Source: Amoebophrya sp. A120
Lineage: Eukaryota; Protista; Dinoflagellata
Direction: 5' to 3'
NCBI GenBank assembly: GCA_905178155.1
Contig: CAJINV010000003.1
Location: 1,359,557-1,423,556 of the forward strand
DNA length: 64,000 nucleotides
How positions within the stretch are numbered: position 1 is the stretch's first letter; the number at the start of each line of letters is the position of its first letter. Below are positions 39,735 to 52,100 of this stretch, piece after piece. A program made the position numbers and the translations under genes. The notes below the pieces were generated by a model, which was not told the DNA's origin, did no database searches, and saw nothing but the letters and a program-made list of their open reading frames with translations.

Positions 39735-40624
39735 GGCGAGTGTGAACGCCCGGGATTCTCCGGAGAAGGGGATTCTTACGAGTGCGAAGACGTTAAGCGC
39801 CAACGAACATGATTTTAGATTTTTCGTAATTATGGGGTGCCGTAAAGGGGAAAGTTAAGCAACTTTGCAAGAAGCATCGAGGGTTATACTAGGCAACAGG
39901 AAACATCAAACATATGAATGAGATCGGCGAAGAACGCGATGAAGATATGCGACAGTGTATTTGTTTTGCATTACCAGGGCGAGGTACATGTGACTCGAAT
40001 CACTAGGAACAGAAAATCCCATTAATCTGTCTTGGTGGGGCTACATGCCTTGTTGATTCTTTCGTGCAATGCTGTTCATTCCTATTCTTGGAGGAAAAGT
40101 CGGTGTTTTTAACTTCGGTACACGCGGTATTTCAATTACTAATACCTTGCACGACCATCATTGCTGGGTTTCTATTTCGGTTTTATTGCAAAAGCAGTTG
40201 CCAAATTCAGCTTTGTGATCGGTTCTGGATTTTATTTTTAAATCGATATAATGTTTTTTGTCGCTGGAGAGTTTTTTTTTGCGGGTGAGGGACGGAGAAT
40301 CACTGAGCGAAACGTGCTTGGTTTTTGCCGATACTTCCTTCTGCGAAATCCGACACAATTGTAAAATATTTTTCTCAGGTCCACGTGTCATTTTTTCTGT
40401 TATTAGAGATTTTGACCGTGCAGTGAGGGCCAAGTAGAGTGTCCCAAGCACCCCAAGTATCACCCCTGTAAGCACGATTGCACAACACGAGAATAAAGTT
40501 TTTTGCGTGGAACGAAGCAAATCTTTTTTCGGCAACCGTATACGAATAGGAGATCACAGAGTTGTGATAGAGGGAAGTGAGATACTTTTTAGAGATACAA
40601 TAGAGAACTAAAACAGGAGACAAA

Positions 40625-42811
40625 ATGGTGGACACTGCGCAGTACGCTATGGCACAGATGGAGCTGACTCACGAGTCGGGCGGCGTGTTGGGCGCGCACG
40701 ATGTGGTCGGTAGCACCTTTTACATCGCCATGAACGCCATGCTTGCGTGCACCGTGTTCTTCTTGTACGAAACAAAAACTTTTGTCGCTGATTATGTCGC
40801 TTGATGCATGTTGTGATGAAATAAGGACAGCAGCACTATCAAAATGGAACTAAATCCCGATTTACAAGCAGAAGGCATGTATCACTATGGGACTTAACTC
40901 GAAACGAGAAGGATAGATGCAATTCCACAAAACAAAGTATTGTCACGAGGAGATTGAATCGATTGACAAATCGTTTTTGCTTTCATACCGTCCTCGAGCG
41001 GGACAGCGTTCCCAAGCAGTGGAAGAAGTCCATCACCGTCGCCATGCTGGTTACGGGCGTCGCCACATGGAACTACTTGTACTTGATTTCGTTGAGTGAT
41101 TTGCATTTTCGTTTTAGATTGGCATTTAGATTTTAGCTAGCTGAATGTGGATTTGCATTTAGAGCTGTAGGTTTGCATTTAGACTTCGACGAAAAACTAC
41201 GCCATGATCAATGTCCCTCCCGTAGGCTGAGCAACGCTTCTTTGGCTTCTTGGCAATTGCGACTCACCTGAAATACTCCCAGGTTCATGAAGACCACGTG
41301 GGTGCGCACGCAGAACTCCCCGACCGTCTACCGGTACACGGACTGGTTGATCACCGTGCCCCTCCAGATTGTTGAGTTCTACCTTATCCTCGCCGCCACA
41401 ACGAAGGTGTCCTCCGGTTTGTTCTACAAGCATATGGAAGGAAATCTTTTGATCGCATCTGTCAGCAGATTTGTACAGTAGGTGTCGTGTGCTTGTAGTT
41501 CTGGTACATACTATACTTTTGCTTCTGCGCGAGAAAATAGCAGGAGGTCGCATAGAACTGCCCTTGTCACAGCGAGCACCTGCAATTTCAGTATTGCGAT
41601 TGATTTCATGAAAAGAGCTGACAGAGCATTAAGATTCTTTCTCTGCATACGTCTTTTGGTTACCTCCGTTATTATGCTCGTCGGTGGCTACTTGGGTGAG
41701 GTTGGTGCCGTCTCCGTCCTGTGCGGCTTTGTCATCGGTAAAAGAGATATTTTCTTTTGTTTCGCGGCAAAAGACCTCTTTGTCGCCGTGTTTAATGAGC
41801 AATCACCATGTGATGTACTAAGATCATTGAATTTCCCAAGGCGGTACTGCCGAGATAAGGCCGTTGGCGGTGTTGTTACAATGAGCCGTGAAATCAAAAA
41901 CTACATCAATCAGGCATGTTGGGCTGGTTGTACATCTTGTTCGAGATCTTCGCGGGTGAGGCCGCCGCCACCTCCGGTGCTTCCACCAACAAGGCCGCCA
42001 CCGCCGCCTTCAACACCTTGCGAATGATCGTGTCCGTCGGCTGGTATAGATTTTGTCTGGTTTATTTGGATTCTGCATCTGCTCTTGTAGACGTAGGACT
42101 GCATCAAACAATAGGATTCTTCGGCTTATGCAGGAAGCTTATTGTACCGCGATGCCGAACAAGAGGCTGTCTGTCAGTACATTTTGCAGCCGCCAGTGCA
42201 TGGACGAAAAGGAAATAAATTCTTGTCCGAAATAAAACGAAATGTTCTGCATTCTGCACCAATGAATGGGCGAAAAATTATATTTTGTGTGCTGTCACAG
42301 TCACATTCACAACGGCATCATCCGTTTTACTAGATGTTCGTTTTTAAATCTCCCACCATGCGCATTAAATTCACAGGTGCATCTACCCGATCGGGTACTA
42401 CCTTGTGTACTTGGGCCCGACCTTCTCCTACCACTCCCAGAGCTGCGTCAACGTCGTCTACAACCTGGCGGATGTCGTCAACAAGGGTGCCTTATCAAGC
42501 GCAAAAATGTCTGGGTCTGGAAGAATGCATGTTTGTCATGCTTGTCTGGCATGAGTCCTAGATCTGTCATGCACGTTACCCAAGAGCTCCATTTTTCTGT
42601 GATGCAGGAACGCACTTTGTCATGCAGCATAAGCAACACCTAAGAGGTCAGAAACTTGTCATGCTGAGCCAGCATTTGTGGCCTCATCATGAGACGCCAC
42701 CCAGCATCACAAGTTTCCAGACCCAGACATTTTTGCATTTGATATGCCTTCGGCCTCTGCATCTGGGCCGCCGCCAAGTCTGACGTCAAGGCCGGCCAGC
42801 TGTTGAAGTAA
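40625..42811 (+). CDS. Proteorhodopsin (type-1 microbial rhodopsin, DTE proton-pump motif, Q105 blue-tuned), 255 aa, 7 exons
   Basis: Exons 40625-40764, 40992-41078, 41283-41431, 41654-41737, 41914-42043, 42377-42491, 42749-42811 (768 nt). Motifs FFFLERD, TGVATWNY, SPTVYRYTDWLITVPLQIVEFYLIL, GYLGE, GWCIYPIGY, YNLADVVNKGAFG (retinal-binding Lys). Confidence 0.95.
40766..40987. mobile_element. Old TIR intron (rhodopsin intron 1), non-canonical
   Basis: tacgaaacaaaaacttttgtc / gacaaatcgtttttgctttcata; TSD decayed; removing element + 5 nt restores VFFFLERD. Confidence 0.75.
41433..41649. mobile_element. Old TIR intron (rhodopsin intron 3), non-canonical
   Basis: tatggaaggaaatcttttgatcgcatctgtcagc / gctgacagagcattaagattctttctctgcata; removing element + 5 nt restores LFYKLLVTS. 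Confidence 0.75.
42493..42744. mobile_element. Introner element, family B, two codons after the retinal-binding Lys
   Basis: tatcaagcgcaaaaatgtctgggtctggaa / ttccagacccagacatttttgcatttgata; TSD tgcct; removal gives NKGA|FGLCIW. Confidence 0.95.
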
Positions 42812-42821
42812 GTGTGATCAT

Positions 42822-43032
42822 TATCCAGGAAAAAAACTGTGTAAGTGTAACTTTGTAGGAAGATCAGCATCACAAATTCTTTTTGCATTTCAGGGAAAAC
42901 CTGTCATGCGCAGGTAGTACGTGGAAACACCTTATTGAAGTGGCCTATGACGCACCTCTAGCATGACAAGTGTAAACAGTTTAGCATTTCCTGCGTCACA
43001 GACTTACACTTACACATTTTTTTTCTTGCATA
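42822..43032. mobile_element. TIR element, family D, in the presumed rhodopsin 3' UTR
   Basis: tatccaggaaaaaaactgtgtaagtgtaa / ttacacttacacattttttttcttgcata; TSD atcat/accat; carries gcatcaca, tgtcatgc and gcatgaca motifs. Confidence 0.85.
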
Positions 43033-44125
43033 ACCATGTCGCTTGAAGATCGTCAGTCGACAATTTTCAGACCGCGAGACCCAGTTGACACGAAAAAATG
43101 TAGAAAAATATGACACTTCCAGTACACGGTTTCAGCGATTTAACAGAACAAGACTTCAATCAGACAAAAATACACGTTGCAGTTTGGTAAATTGTATCAC
43201 AGTGAAGAAGCGGGGTGTGGCTGATGTCGCATGTCTGGTAGCATACGTTTAACGTTGTGACAAAGTATAGATCGAGTGCCGCAGTGTACGTGCTGCAACC
43301 GCGGGTTGCATGAGTCGAAAGTTTCAACAGTAAAAATCTATACAGAGTCGGTATGCTCCACAGGGCGTCATCAGAAAGGAACAGTCAGTATCTCACTATA
43401 TCGAATTTTTTCAAAAACAAAACTACAGAATAAGCCCGTAGAACAGCGCAATTAAAAAAAGTGACTCTTCTCTGCTCTATTCCGCGATCTGATACGTTTT
43501 ATTTCGTAGGCAGAACCAACAGACACTCCCTGGAGGAGGGTAGAAGATATAGAGGAGTACACAGCAGCAAAACGGGCAGGGTTTCGAATCAGACTGTAGT
43601 TAGAGCCAAAATTTTGTGTAATAGACTATGCGAATCAGACAACAGAACAGACTATGTAATGGTACGTGTTCAGAGAATCACAGGAATAATAGCATCATCA
43701 CCTATAGGAATCATCAACTATACAGCATTTTATGTGGTTTTAATAGATACATCATCAGCATTTCTAGATACACATACAGTCAATGGAATCAGACAGAGGA
43801 GTACAGCTTCCACCGTCATCGTGGCGTTGTGTCGTGTGCTCTCCAACAGACTGGAGTATTACGATTCTGAAATGGGAAATGCGTAGATACAAAACTAAAA
43901 TGTTGAGACATGATGCGCATGTTGTACCCTACCCGCTGGTGGCAGGGAAGAGCATGTTGCGACGAAAATATCATCCGAGAATACAGTAAAATTAAGCTGC
44001 AGAGTAAGGCAGCATTGGTTATGAAAGTCTTTAGGCTGATGTTCTAGCGGTAGATGTAAGTCCTCATTCACCACAATGCTCCGCAAGAAACGAGTTTGAT
44101 AGGTGGATCTGCTGATGACGTTTGT

Positions 44126-44244
44126 GTTTTGATGTGCGTCGACCGTCGGTGACGACATGCAGCCTGAAACTCACTTTCATTTTTCGTTGAATGTTGAGGT
44201 TAGACAGATGCAGTTCCTTGTCAGTGCTACAAAGGACGCGGTGT
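44126..44244. repeat. ~119-bp direct repeat, copy 1
   Basis: gttttgatgtgcgtcgaccgtcggtgacgac...aaaggacgcgg matches 45901-46019 with about 10 substitutions. Confidence 0.92.
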
Positions 44245-44285
44245 TCTGTGGTCTGTTCGCGGGCGTAACAATCGCCCCGAAAAAA

Positions 44286-45443
44286 ATGCGGTCAATCTCG
44301 TTGCAAACTTTCTGCCTTGGCGCCTCTCTGACCGCCCTTGCAGAGGACGCGACTATGTCGAACGTGCTCAACGCCGAATTCGAATTTGCAGATGAAGGGG
44401 AAGGAAATAAGGAATCCGTTGAGGAGCGGGGGTTCAGCCCGGTGCTCCCCCCCCCCCCATGCGTTCCAGAACACCAAGGTGAACGACGCGGCGGTGTGCG
44501 AAGCAATGAAGACGCCGCTGCTCGGAATTTTCAACAAGATGATCGAGCCAGACCTGTCTTCTTCCGAAGAGCTCGACGCCATGGACTGCGCCCTGAGTGC
44601 GCAGCGTATCAAGCGCGCCGGTGGGGACACGAACAGTACAATATTTTTCTCTAGGTCTTGCTGTAGGAATTTCGGCCAGTGGATAAGTCATATTGATTGC
44701 ACAAAGAGGAACAAGTAATACACAGCTGAATCCGACTCGGATCATGACATATTGTAAAACGCTCCTTATCAGATGATGGCAACCTGAGCCGGGCCGAGAA
44801 GGAAATTTTCTGTGGGAGCGTAGCGCTGTCAGGAGGTGAGCGCATCAGTGGCGGGGTCACGGGATCGTTTCTCGAGTTCACCTGGCAGGACCTCTGGAAC
44901 AACTGCAGACGCAGCACGGGATGCTGCGATGCCCACGAGGAGACGTTTGGAACCACCGTCCAAAGAACATACTGGGGAACAATCGGGTACGGGATGCCAC
45001 AGGGCGAATACCACAGGTCGGTTGTTTCGTACGGCACCGTCGTTTTCAAGACGGGTTTCGGCGACGTCTTCACAGTGGAGTTCACGAACGACGTCGGTCG
45101 TCCGGGAGATATCCTCGTGAACAAACAGGACATCGTGTCGCATGCCCTGAGCCTCAAGACAGCAGCGAGAATGGATCGAGCAAGAGGACATGGTCTCTGG
45201 GCAGACAAGCTCACGATGTGGGCCTTCGCTGAGCTGCGCGGAAAACTACAACTGGTGGCGAGTTTGGGGGTAACAAGACCCTGGATGGTGTTGTACGGTG
45301 TGGACTTTAACAAGGTGGAAAGCAACATTTCGAAAGCGGACAACCTCGTTAACGAAATGAATCTGTCTATTGCGCACTTTCCAGACTGGGTCAAAAACGA
45401 AGTGAATAATTTTGATACCAATCCGCATCCAAGTTCCAACTGA
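44286..45443 (+). CDS. Putative secreted EF-hand-containing protein with an apparent +1 frameshift in a C12 tract
   Basis: MRSISLQTFCLGASLTALA is signal-like; frame switches at C12 (44447-44458); GT-AG intron 44636-44772 creates the loop DTNNDGNLSRAE (canonical EF-hand); then reads into ORF 44994-45443. Confidence 0.55.
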
Positions 45444-45900
45444 TTCTTTGACGAAGATGCTCGTAAGCAGTTTTCTTTTTCCTGAATAGAAGTAGAACAA
45501 AGATTGTCTAGATAGAAACCTCTGGAGGGAAATAGTTCGCGGTGCACAATATGGAACAGCAAAATCAACTACCAGTAGTGCAGTGTCAGCATCATCATCA
45601 TCATCATCTTCTTCATCCAACATTGAACAGCTTCCCATACAGGCGATAATGAGACTAAGAGGTCGTAGAAGGGAATTCTAAGGCGAAAACGCCGAGCAGA
45701 ATAAATTCATCAGAAGTAGAACAAAGAGTAAAGCAAACGTAGCGCAATGTAGATCAGCAGCATTTCTGTGATTCTATCTTTCCTTGATAGTCTTCGTTAT
45801 TTTTGTTGTTGTTCGACCGACTGGGTCACGACAATGAACAACACAAAGAAACGCGGGCGATGTGGCCACTTTCCATCTTTGAACTCAAGTAGAATCAGAC

Positions 45901-46019
45901 GTTTTGATGTGCGTCGACCGTCGGTGACGACACGCAGCCTCAAACTCACTTTGATTTTTCGTTGAGTGTTGAGGTCAGACAGATGCAGTTCCTTGCCAGT
46001 GCAACAAAGGACGCGGCGT
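45901..46019. repeat. ~119-bp direct repeat, copy 2 (upstream of purH)
   Basis: Matches 44126-44244. Confidence 0.92.
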
Positions 46020-46292
46020 CTGCTTTGTGCTTAAAAAGACTACACGATATCCGGTGAGTGCAAAGTGGCATCGTGCAAAAATAATGGGACAAAGTGGCGT
46101 TTCGAGGGGCGTTAAAAAGTACTCGCTGCATTGGGAGACGCACTGCATCTCGAGTACTGCACTTGCTCGTTTTCTGATGATACTGATAGATGATGATTTC
46201 TTCTGCGCAGTTCCAGTTTGGTACCGTTCAGGTTGAAGAACAGCTCGCAATTTTGACGAAAAATCTTACACCGACTACCAAGAAAAACAAAC

Positions 46293-48508
46293 ATGATTCC
46301 CGTCCGACGCGCCATCGTCTCTGTCAGTGACAAGGCAGGCGTTGCCGACTTTGCATCCTTTCTCCAGAAAGAATGTGGCACAGAGCTCCTATCTACGGGT
46401 GGGACGTGCAAATTACTCCAAGAGAAGCAGATTCCAGTGACGGAGGTGTCCGACTACACGGGCTTTCCGGAGATGATGAGTGGGCGACTGAAAACGCTCC
46501 ACCCGAAAATCCACGGGGGCATACTGGCGCGCCGGGGAACCGACGATGAGGCTCTGGCGTCGCAGGGGATCGGGTTCATCGACCTGATCGTTGTGAACCT
46601 GTACCCTTTCGCCGCCACGATCGCGAAACCCAACTGCACCCTAGAAGATGCGATCGAGAACATCGATATCGGCGGACCGACCATGCTGCGCGCGGCGGCG
46701 AAGAACTGGGAGCACGTTGCGGTGATCTGCGTGCCATCGTTCTACGAGAAAGTGAAGGCCGATTTGGAGAAGAATTTCGCCAGTTCTGGCAAATACACGA
46801 TTTCGCGGGAAACGCGCTTCCAGCTAGCACGGGCTACGTTTGAAGCTACCAGCCAATACGACGGCATGATCGCGAACTACCTGGGAGCCCTGCCACCGCT
46901 CTCGGCCGCCGACAGCGGCGCGGGTGGCAACGACAGCGCGGATGAAAAAAAGGCAGAAAAGCAGCAGTTCTCGGAATTCTTCTACAACAGCCTGAAGAAG
47001 AAGCAGGACCTGCGCTACGGCGAGAACCCGCACCAATCGGCGGCGCTGTACTCCGAGGAAGGATTCGCGAAGCCGTCCGTGGCGACCGCTGAGCAACTCC
47101 AGGGCAAGGAGCTGTCTTACAACAACATCGCCGATGCAGATGGCGCGCTGGACTGCTGCCTTGCGTTTGATCCCAAGTACAGCTGCAAAACCTAAAAGCG
47201 TACTTAGTCGTACCTAGTCGCGTTTCATCCATCGTCCAGTAATATGCGTTTGATGTTTTTGATTCTTACGGCCGATGCTGCTGATTTTCCGTAGTTTTAG
47301 GCTGAGTTTTTAAGTAACAAAAAATGAAAAGGGTACCCTGCTGCGTGATAGTGAAACACGCGAACCCGTGTGGCGTTGCCGTGAGCGAAAATTCGCTGGT
47401 GGAAGCCTACGAGAAAGCGTTCCAGACAGATACGACCTGCTCACGTGCTACAGTCTCAAACGTTACAATTGAATTCGGATTCTGTCTACTTGCATGATCA
47501 GCATATGAGACACACAAATCGTTCCGCTTTCTGCAATGCAAAGTTCGCCGGCTTCCAGTGCGGTTTGGGGCTCCGGAACTTGTCATGCGCAATCCTGTGC
47601 GAGTAAGGCAGACCATGCACTTTTTGCATCACAGAGTTCCATTTCTATCAGTAACGTTTGAGATTGTATCATCTGAGCAGGGTATAACAGACCCGACCAG
47701 CGCGTTCGGCGGGATCATCGCGGTCAACCAAGAATTGAACCTGGAAACCGCCGAAAAAATCGTGAAAAACCAGTTCGTGGAGGTCATCCTCGCGCCGACC
47801 GTTGCGCCGGAGGCGTCGGCAGTGGTGGCGACCAAGAAGAACGTGCGTTTGCTGGCCTACGCAGGAACAACAAGCAAGCCAACGACCACTACCGGCACTT
47901 CTGTGAAGGAAGAGCTAGAGTACAAGAAGATCCGCGGAGGATTGCTCGTGCAGACGCGCGATGAAGAGCCGCAGGACATCACTCTGAAGGTGGTAACGGA
48001 GAAACAGCCCTCGGAGAAAGACATGGAGGATTTGAAGTTCGCCTGGAAGGTGTGCCAGTTCGTGAAGAGCAACGCGATCGTGTACGCCAAGGACGGTATG
48101 ACGTACGGAGTGGGTGCGGGGCAGATGAGCCGTGTGTTTTCCAGCAAAATTGCTGTGGAAAAAGCAGCGGAGGCAAAGCTGGAGCTGCAGGGGTAGAAGT
48201 GCTGTGGTTACGTTCTTTTTACGCTACTAACTTCTACTGTGATGCTGCAGCTGTGCGTTCGGTATGAGCGAATGATCTCTCATGTACAGATCGATGCGCA
48301 AGCAAAAAAGTCTATCTTCTATATCAGCGCTGCTATGGCGTCGGACGCCTTCTTTCCATTTCGGGATGGCATCGACACGGCTGCGAAAAGTGGAGTTGGC
48401 TGCATCATTCAGCCGGGCGGGAGTATCCGAGACAAGGAAGTTATTGACGCCGCCAATGAACACGGCATAGCCATGGTTTTTACTGGTTGTAGGCATTTCA
48501 AGCATTAA
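46293..48508 (+). CDS. purH: Bifunctional AICAR transformylase/IMP cyclohydrolase (bacterial-type), 554 aa
   Basis: Exons 46293-47176, 47332-47429, 47691-48192, 48328-48508. Motifs [101 protein letters not shown]. Confidence 0.97.
47431..47686. mobile_element. Introner element, family E, in purH
   Basis: tacgacctgctcacgtgctacagtctcaaacgttac / gtaacgtttgagattgtatcatctgagcagggtata; TSD acaga; removal restores the conserved D-PTSAFGG. Confidence 0.93.
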
Positions 48509-49161
48509 GGGAGATCGTCTCAAAGCTGGATCCTCTAGGTACATCAAAGATGATTTTTGACTTTCTGTTTCTAACATGTTTTCAAGAATAGCGTTGGCGT
48601 CCTTTCGGAACAACAGTCTGTGATCGGAATACGCAAAAAGTTACTTTAGAAGCACCTGCGCCCCCGCTCGTGCGAAACAAGGCGTTCGAAAAAGGTTTTT
48701 TGGAGTTAGCACGCTCATTTTCCAGTATGAACCGTGAAACGTGAAAGGTAAAAGCCTTTCGGTTGCATTTAACGATTTGGATACAATATTGTGCAGAAAG
48801 AGGAACGTTGCCAAAATGTGCAAATAGAACTGCGCTTGCGCCGGTGATTTGTGTGTGCCAGGAGATAAGTGAGTTTTCCGTTTTCCAGTTGTTTGCTTCT
48901 GTGTCGGTAGAATTTTGTGATGGTCACGTCTTTGCGTTTGCGTTTTTCGACGCCTCTGATCTTGTACACCATGGCCTTCAGCGTATTCTTGATTGACAGA
49001 AAAGATCCCCGAGTCCGCGTTGCGTTTCGATCAGAGTGGGGAAATTGAATCTCCAATAAGGAAGCGCAACGTACTAGCAAAGTCACGATATGGGTACCTT
49101 GAGCCAATAACTACGCGCGGGAACAAGCGGATCCGCTTGCCTTGCCGGGTTTTCTGCGTGA

Positions 49162-52100
49162 ATGCCGACGATGGCGGTAAAGACGTCGCAGGGCCATCGG
49201 CGAGGACAACTACGCTGCGCGTCGAGGGAAAAGCTTTCGTCGATTCATCCTGGCCTTGGGATTCTCATTGCACACGCGAGCTGCACCATCTCCCAGTTTT
49301 CCTTTTCTACTCCAGCGCGAGCGGCATGGTTGCGAGCAAATACGCCCCCACTCGATCGGGACTTTCGGTCGCCGCGGGGCGACACAGGAGCTGGCGGCCC
49401 TCCGTCCGAACAAGCCGAGCTCTACTACACCCCCGCGGGCTCGTGCGAGGATTTTGCGCGGTTCATGGCACAGACCGGAGAGGAGCAGAACCCGTGTCTT
49501 CCGCTGAAGCGAGTTGCGGAGGCAAATTTAGATACAAGCACGGAAAAAACGATGTTGGACGAAGACGACGCCACGCCCGCAACTACCGCTTGTTCCCCCC
49601 CGCGCCGCGGTCACCGGGGCATGTCCGAAGTAGAGGCAGATTTCGAGGAGGAGGAGCGTGCGTTGCTTGTCACCGGTCGAGGCACTCACGTCTCGGACAG
49701 CGCGGACGAGGAACACGGCCACCGGGTTGTACTCGGGCGGGGGCACCCTGACTACAGTTACAGCAGCGACCGGGAGGACGATGTCAACGGTACTGCGCCT
49801 CTACTCGTCATGCCAGCACCCTTGTGCGGCACAGGGTCGTTACTTGTGCGCCACGCTGCTGGATACGAGGGGCGGAACGACACGCTAGCCACCTTGACGT
49901 CGATGGCAGAGGAAGAAAGAGGCGAGTATTGGAAAGAACGAGAAATAAACATGCAAAGCCGCTCGTTCGGGGCTAGCGAGCCGGTCGCCGTAGCAGAGCT
50001 GCAAGCTCCAGCTGCCGAGGCACTGGTGCCACCAGCTGCCGAGGCACTGGTGCCAGTTGTAGATGGTGAGCAGAAGAGCGACAGGAAGACCACAACTTTT
50101 AAGGCGCCACCGGCGGAAATCGACGTGCACAGTATGGGCCTCAATGGGGGAGATAATTCACCAGTGCGAGCGGGTGGAGAACCAGATGACAGACTAACGT
50201 ATGTTTTTCAGGACTACAATTCCGTGCCTTCGCCGAGCGAGATGATGCGGAGCTCATCTGACGCCAAATCGGAGCAACCGCAGTCGTGGATGTCTCAGAC
50301 TAGTACACCTCCAGCAGCTTTGAACATTCTCACACCGGATGCGTCGCCGCAGAGCCGACGATTGGCGCTTGAACAAATTCACCGCATCAACTCTTGGGAG
50401 CACTTGCGGCGCATCAGCACCCCGGAGCCGTGGTTGGATTCGAATCCAGCTATGTGCGGCAACGGGTTCGATCTTGATGTTTGCTTTGTGCCCTTGACTT
50501 TTCTTCAACAGCAATTTCGTACACCATTTGGATGCGAGTGTAGTTACATAAGTAAGTTGTATGTGAAAAGCGGTAGATGATGCTGCCCTTTGATTTGAAT
50601 AGTTGGGGTCGGATAGATACTGTGTCGATCACGAAAGCTTTGTGACTCACTCCTATTTCACTTGACAGAGCTTCAGGATTGCCATTGGTGCAGATGCAGT
50701 TGCCGGCCACAATGACTATGGGTAGCAGCATGGCCGCTGCAATCGGACCGGAAACGATGTGCGCCGCCCCAATGGTGCCAGAACAGCGACGAAGTGCAGC
50801 GGCGTCCTCGGGCGACGCGACCTTACCGGGGGAAGCCGAAGGCAATGCCTGGCACACCGAGAGGACGCTTCCCGAACAGGTAGCGGAGTCGGCCCTCGAC
50901 GTCGGCGGCCTCTCCTCTGCCGCGTCAAGTTCAGGTGGAGGTAGACCGGGCTCTGCTGGCCCAGCCAGCAAGGATGCTCCTGTCACGCGGGGTAGCAGGA
51001 AAAGAAGCGGTACCCCGACTGGAGCTGGCTGCGCACCACAGGATGATTCCAACGGACGGAACTGCAGTTCATCTAGTGAGCAAGGCGCGACCTTTGGACG
51101 AGATGCGCGGCACGAAGGACCAGAAGAAACACAGCCGAAGCAGCAGACCGCGGAGACCATCGATGAGGTTTGCACGCAGTTGCGGGACCAGCTGCGGGAC
51201 GCGTTGACGATCTTTCGCGAGCGTCGGCGCGTTCAGGAGACGGGAGGACCGGCACAACCACAGGCACCACCAGCCGCGCAGCCTCTTCTGCAGCAGGGGC
51301 GGTCCTCCGATGCTAGCCAAAGCAGTTCGGGTGCTGCGGCGCCAGCATCTGTGTCTTCGTCCTCAGTTGTAGCGGTCCCCGGGTCGAAGCAGTGGCTGCA
51401 GGGCTTAGCGAACGACGTTCGACAAGCGCTGCAACAGGAATGCAGTTACGCTCATCTCGTTCATCTTGCGCACGCCGCCACTTCAGCCGCAGCGTTTTGG
51501 CAGATGAATGGTGGAGCTTACGACCCCAGTGGGCCACCCTGGCCGGTGCCTCCTGGATATTTCGGTACAGAATCAGCCTATAATCTTCTTTTCCGGCGTA
51601 GTTGCTGCATTCGATAAGGTGTTCCGTCCTGTTTGTGTAATTTTTCTTCTGCAGAAGTTTCGTAAAGTTATTTTCCGTGTTGAATTTCGATCTGCAGCCG
51701 GTCACAGTACCAGTCCAATCGAATCGCTAGTATCGAACAGCCAACCGATCACTTTCGCAGGAGACAATGCGGGTCATATGGCGATGATGGGCGCGGCGCC
51801 GATGATGTTCTGTCCGTACCCCTGTCCACCTCCGCAAGTGGGTGTGCCATCGCCGCCCCTGGGACCGCCGCCGCCGTACTCTCCACCATTTGCCGCTCCT
51901 CCCTACATTGCAGCTGCACCACCTCCGCGTACGCCGATGCCTCCGGCTCCGCCCGGCGGCTTCCCCCCGTCGACCCGAAATGGGGCACTAGCGCAACATC
52001 CGCAGGCGATGGGTACTCCGGTGTCGCTCGCATCTCATCTGAACTTCAACGCAGCTTCATCCCCGCCTGTTCGGCCGCCACACGAAGTGGAATTTCCTGT

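Noticed and set aside
43461-43886. 141-aa ORF in A-rich DNA
   Set aside because: AT-rich, no coding bias or motifs; treated as intergenic.
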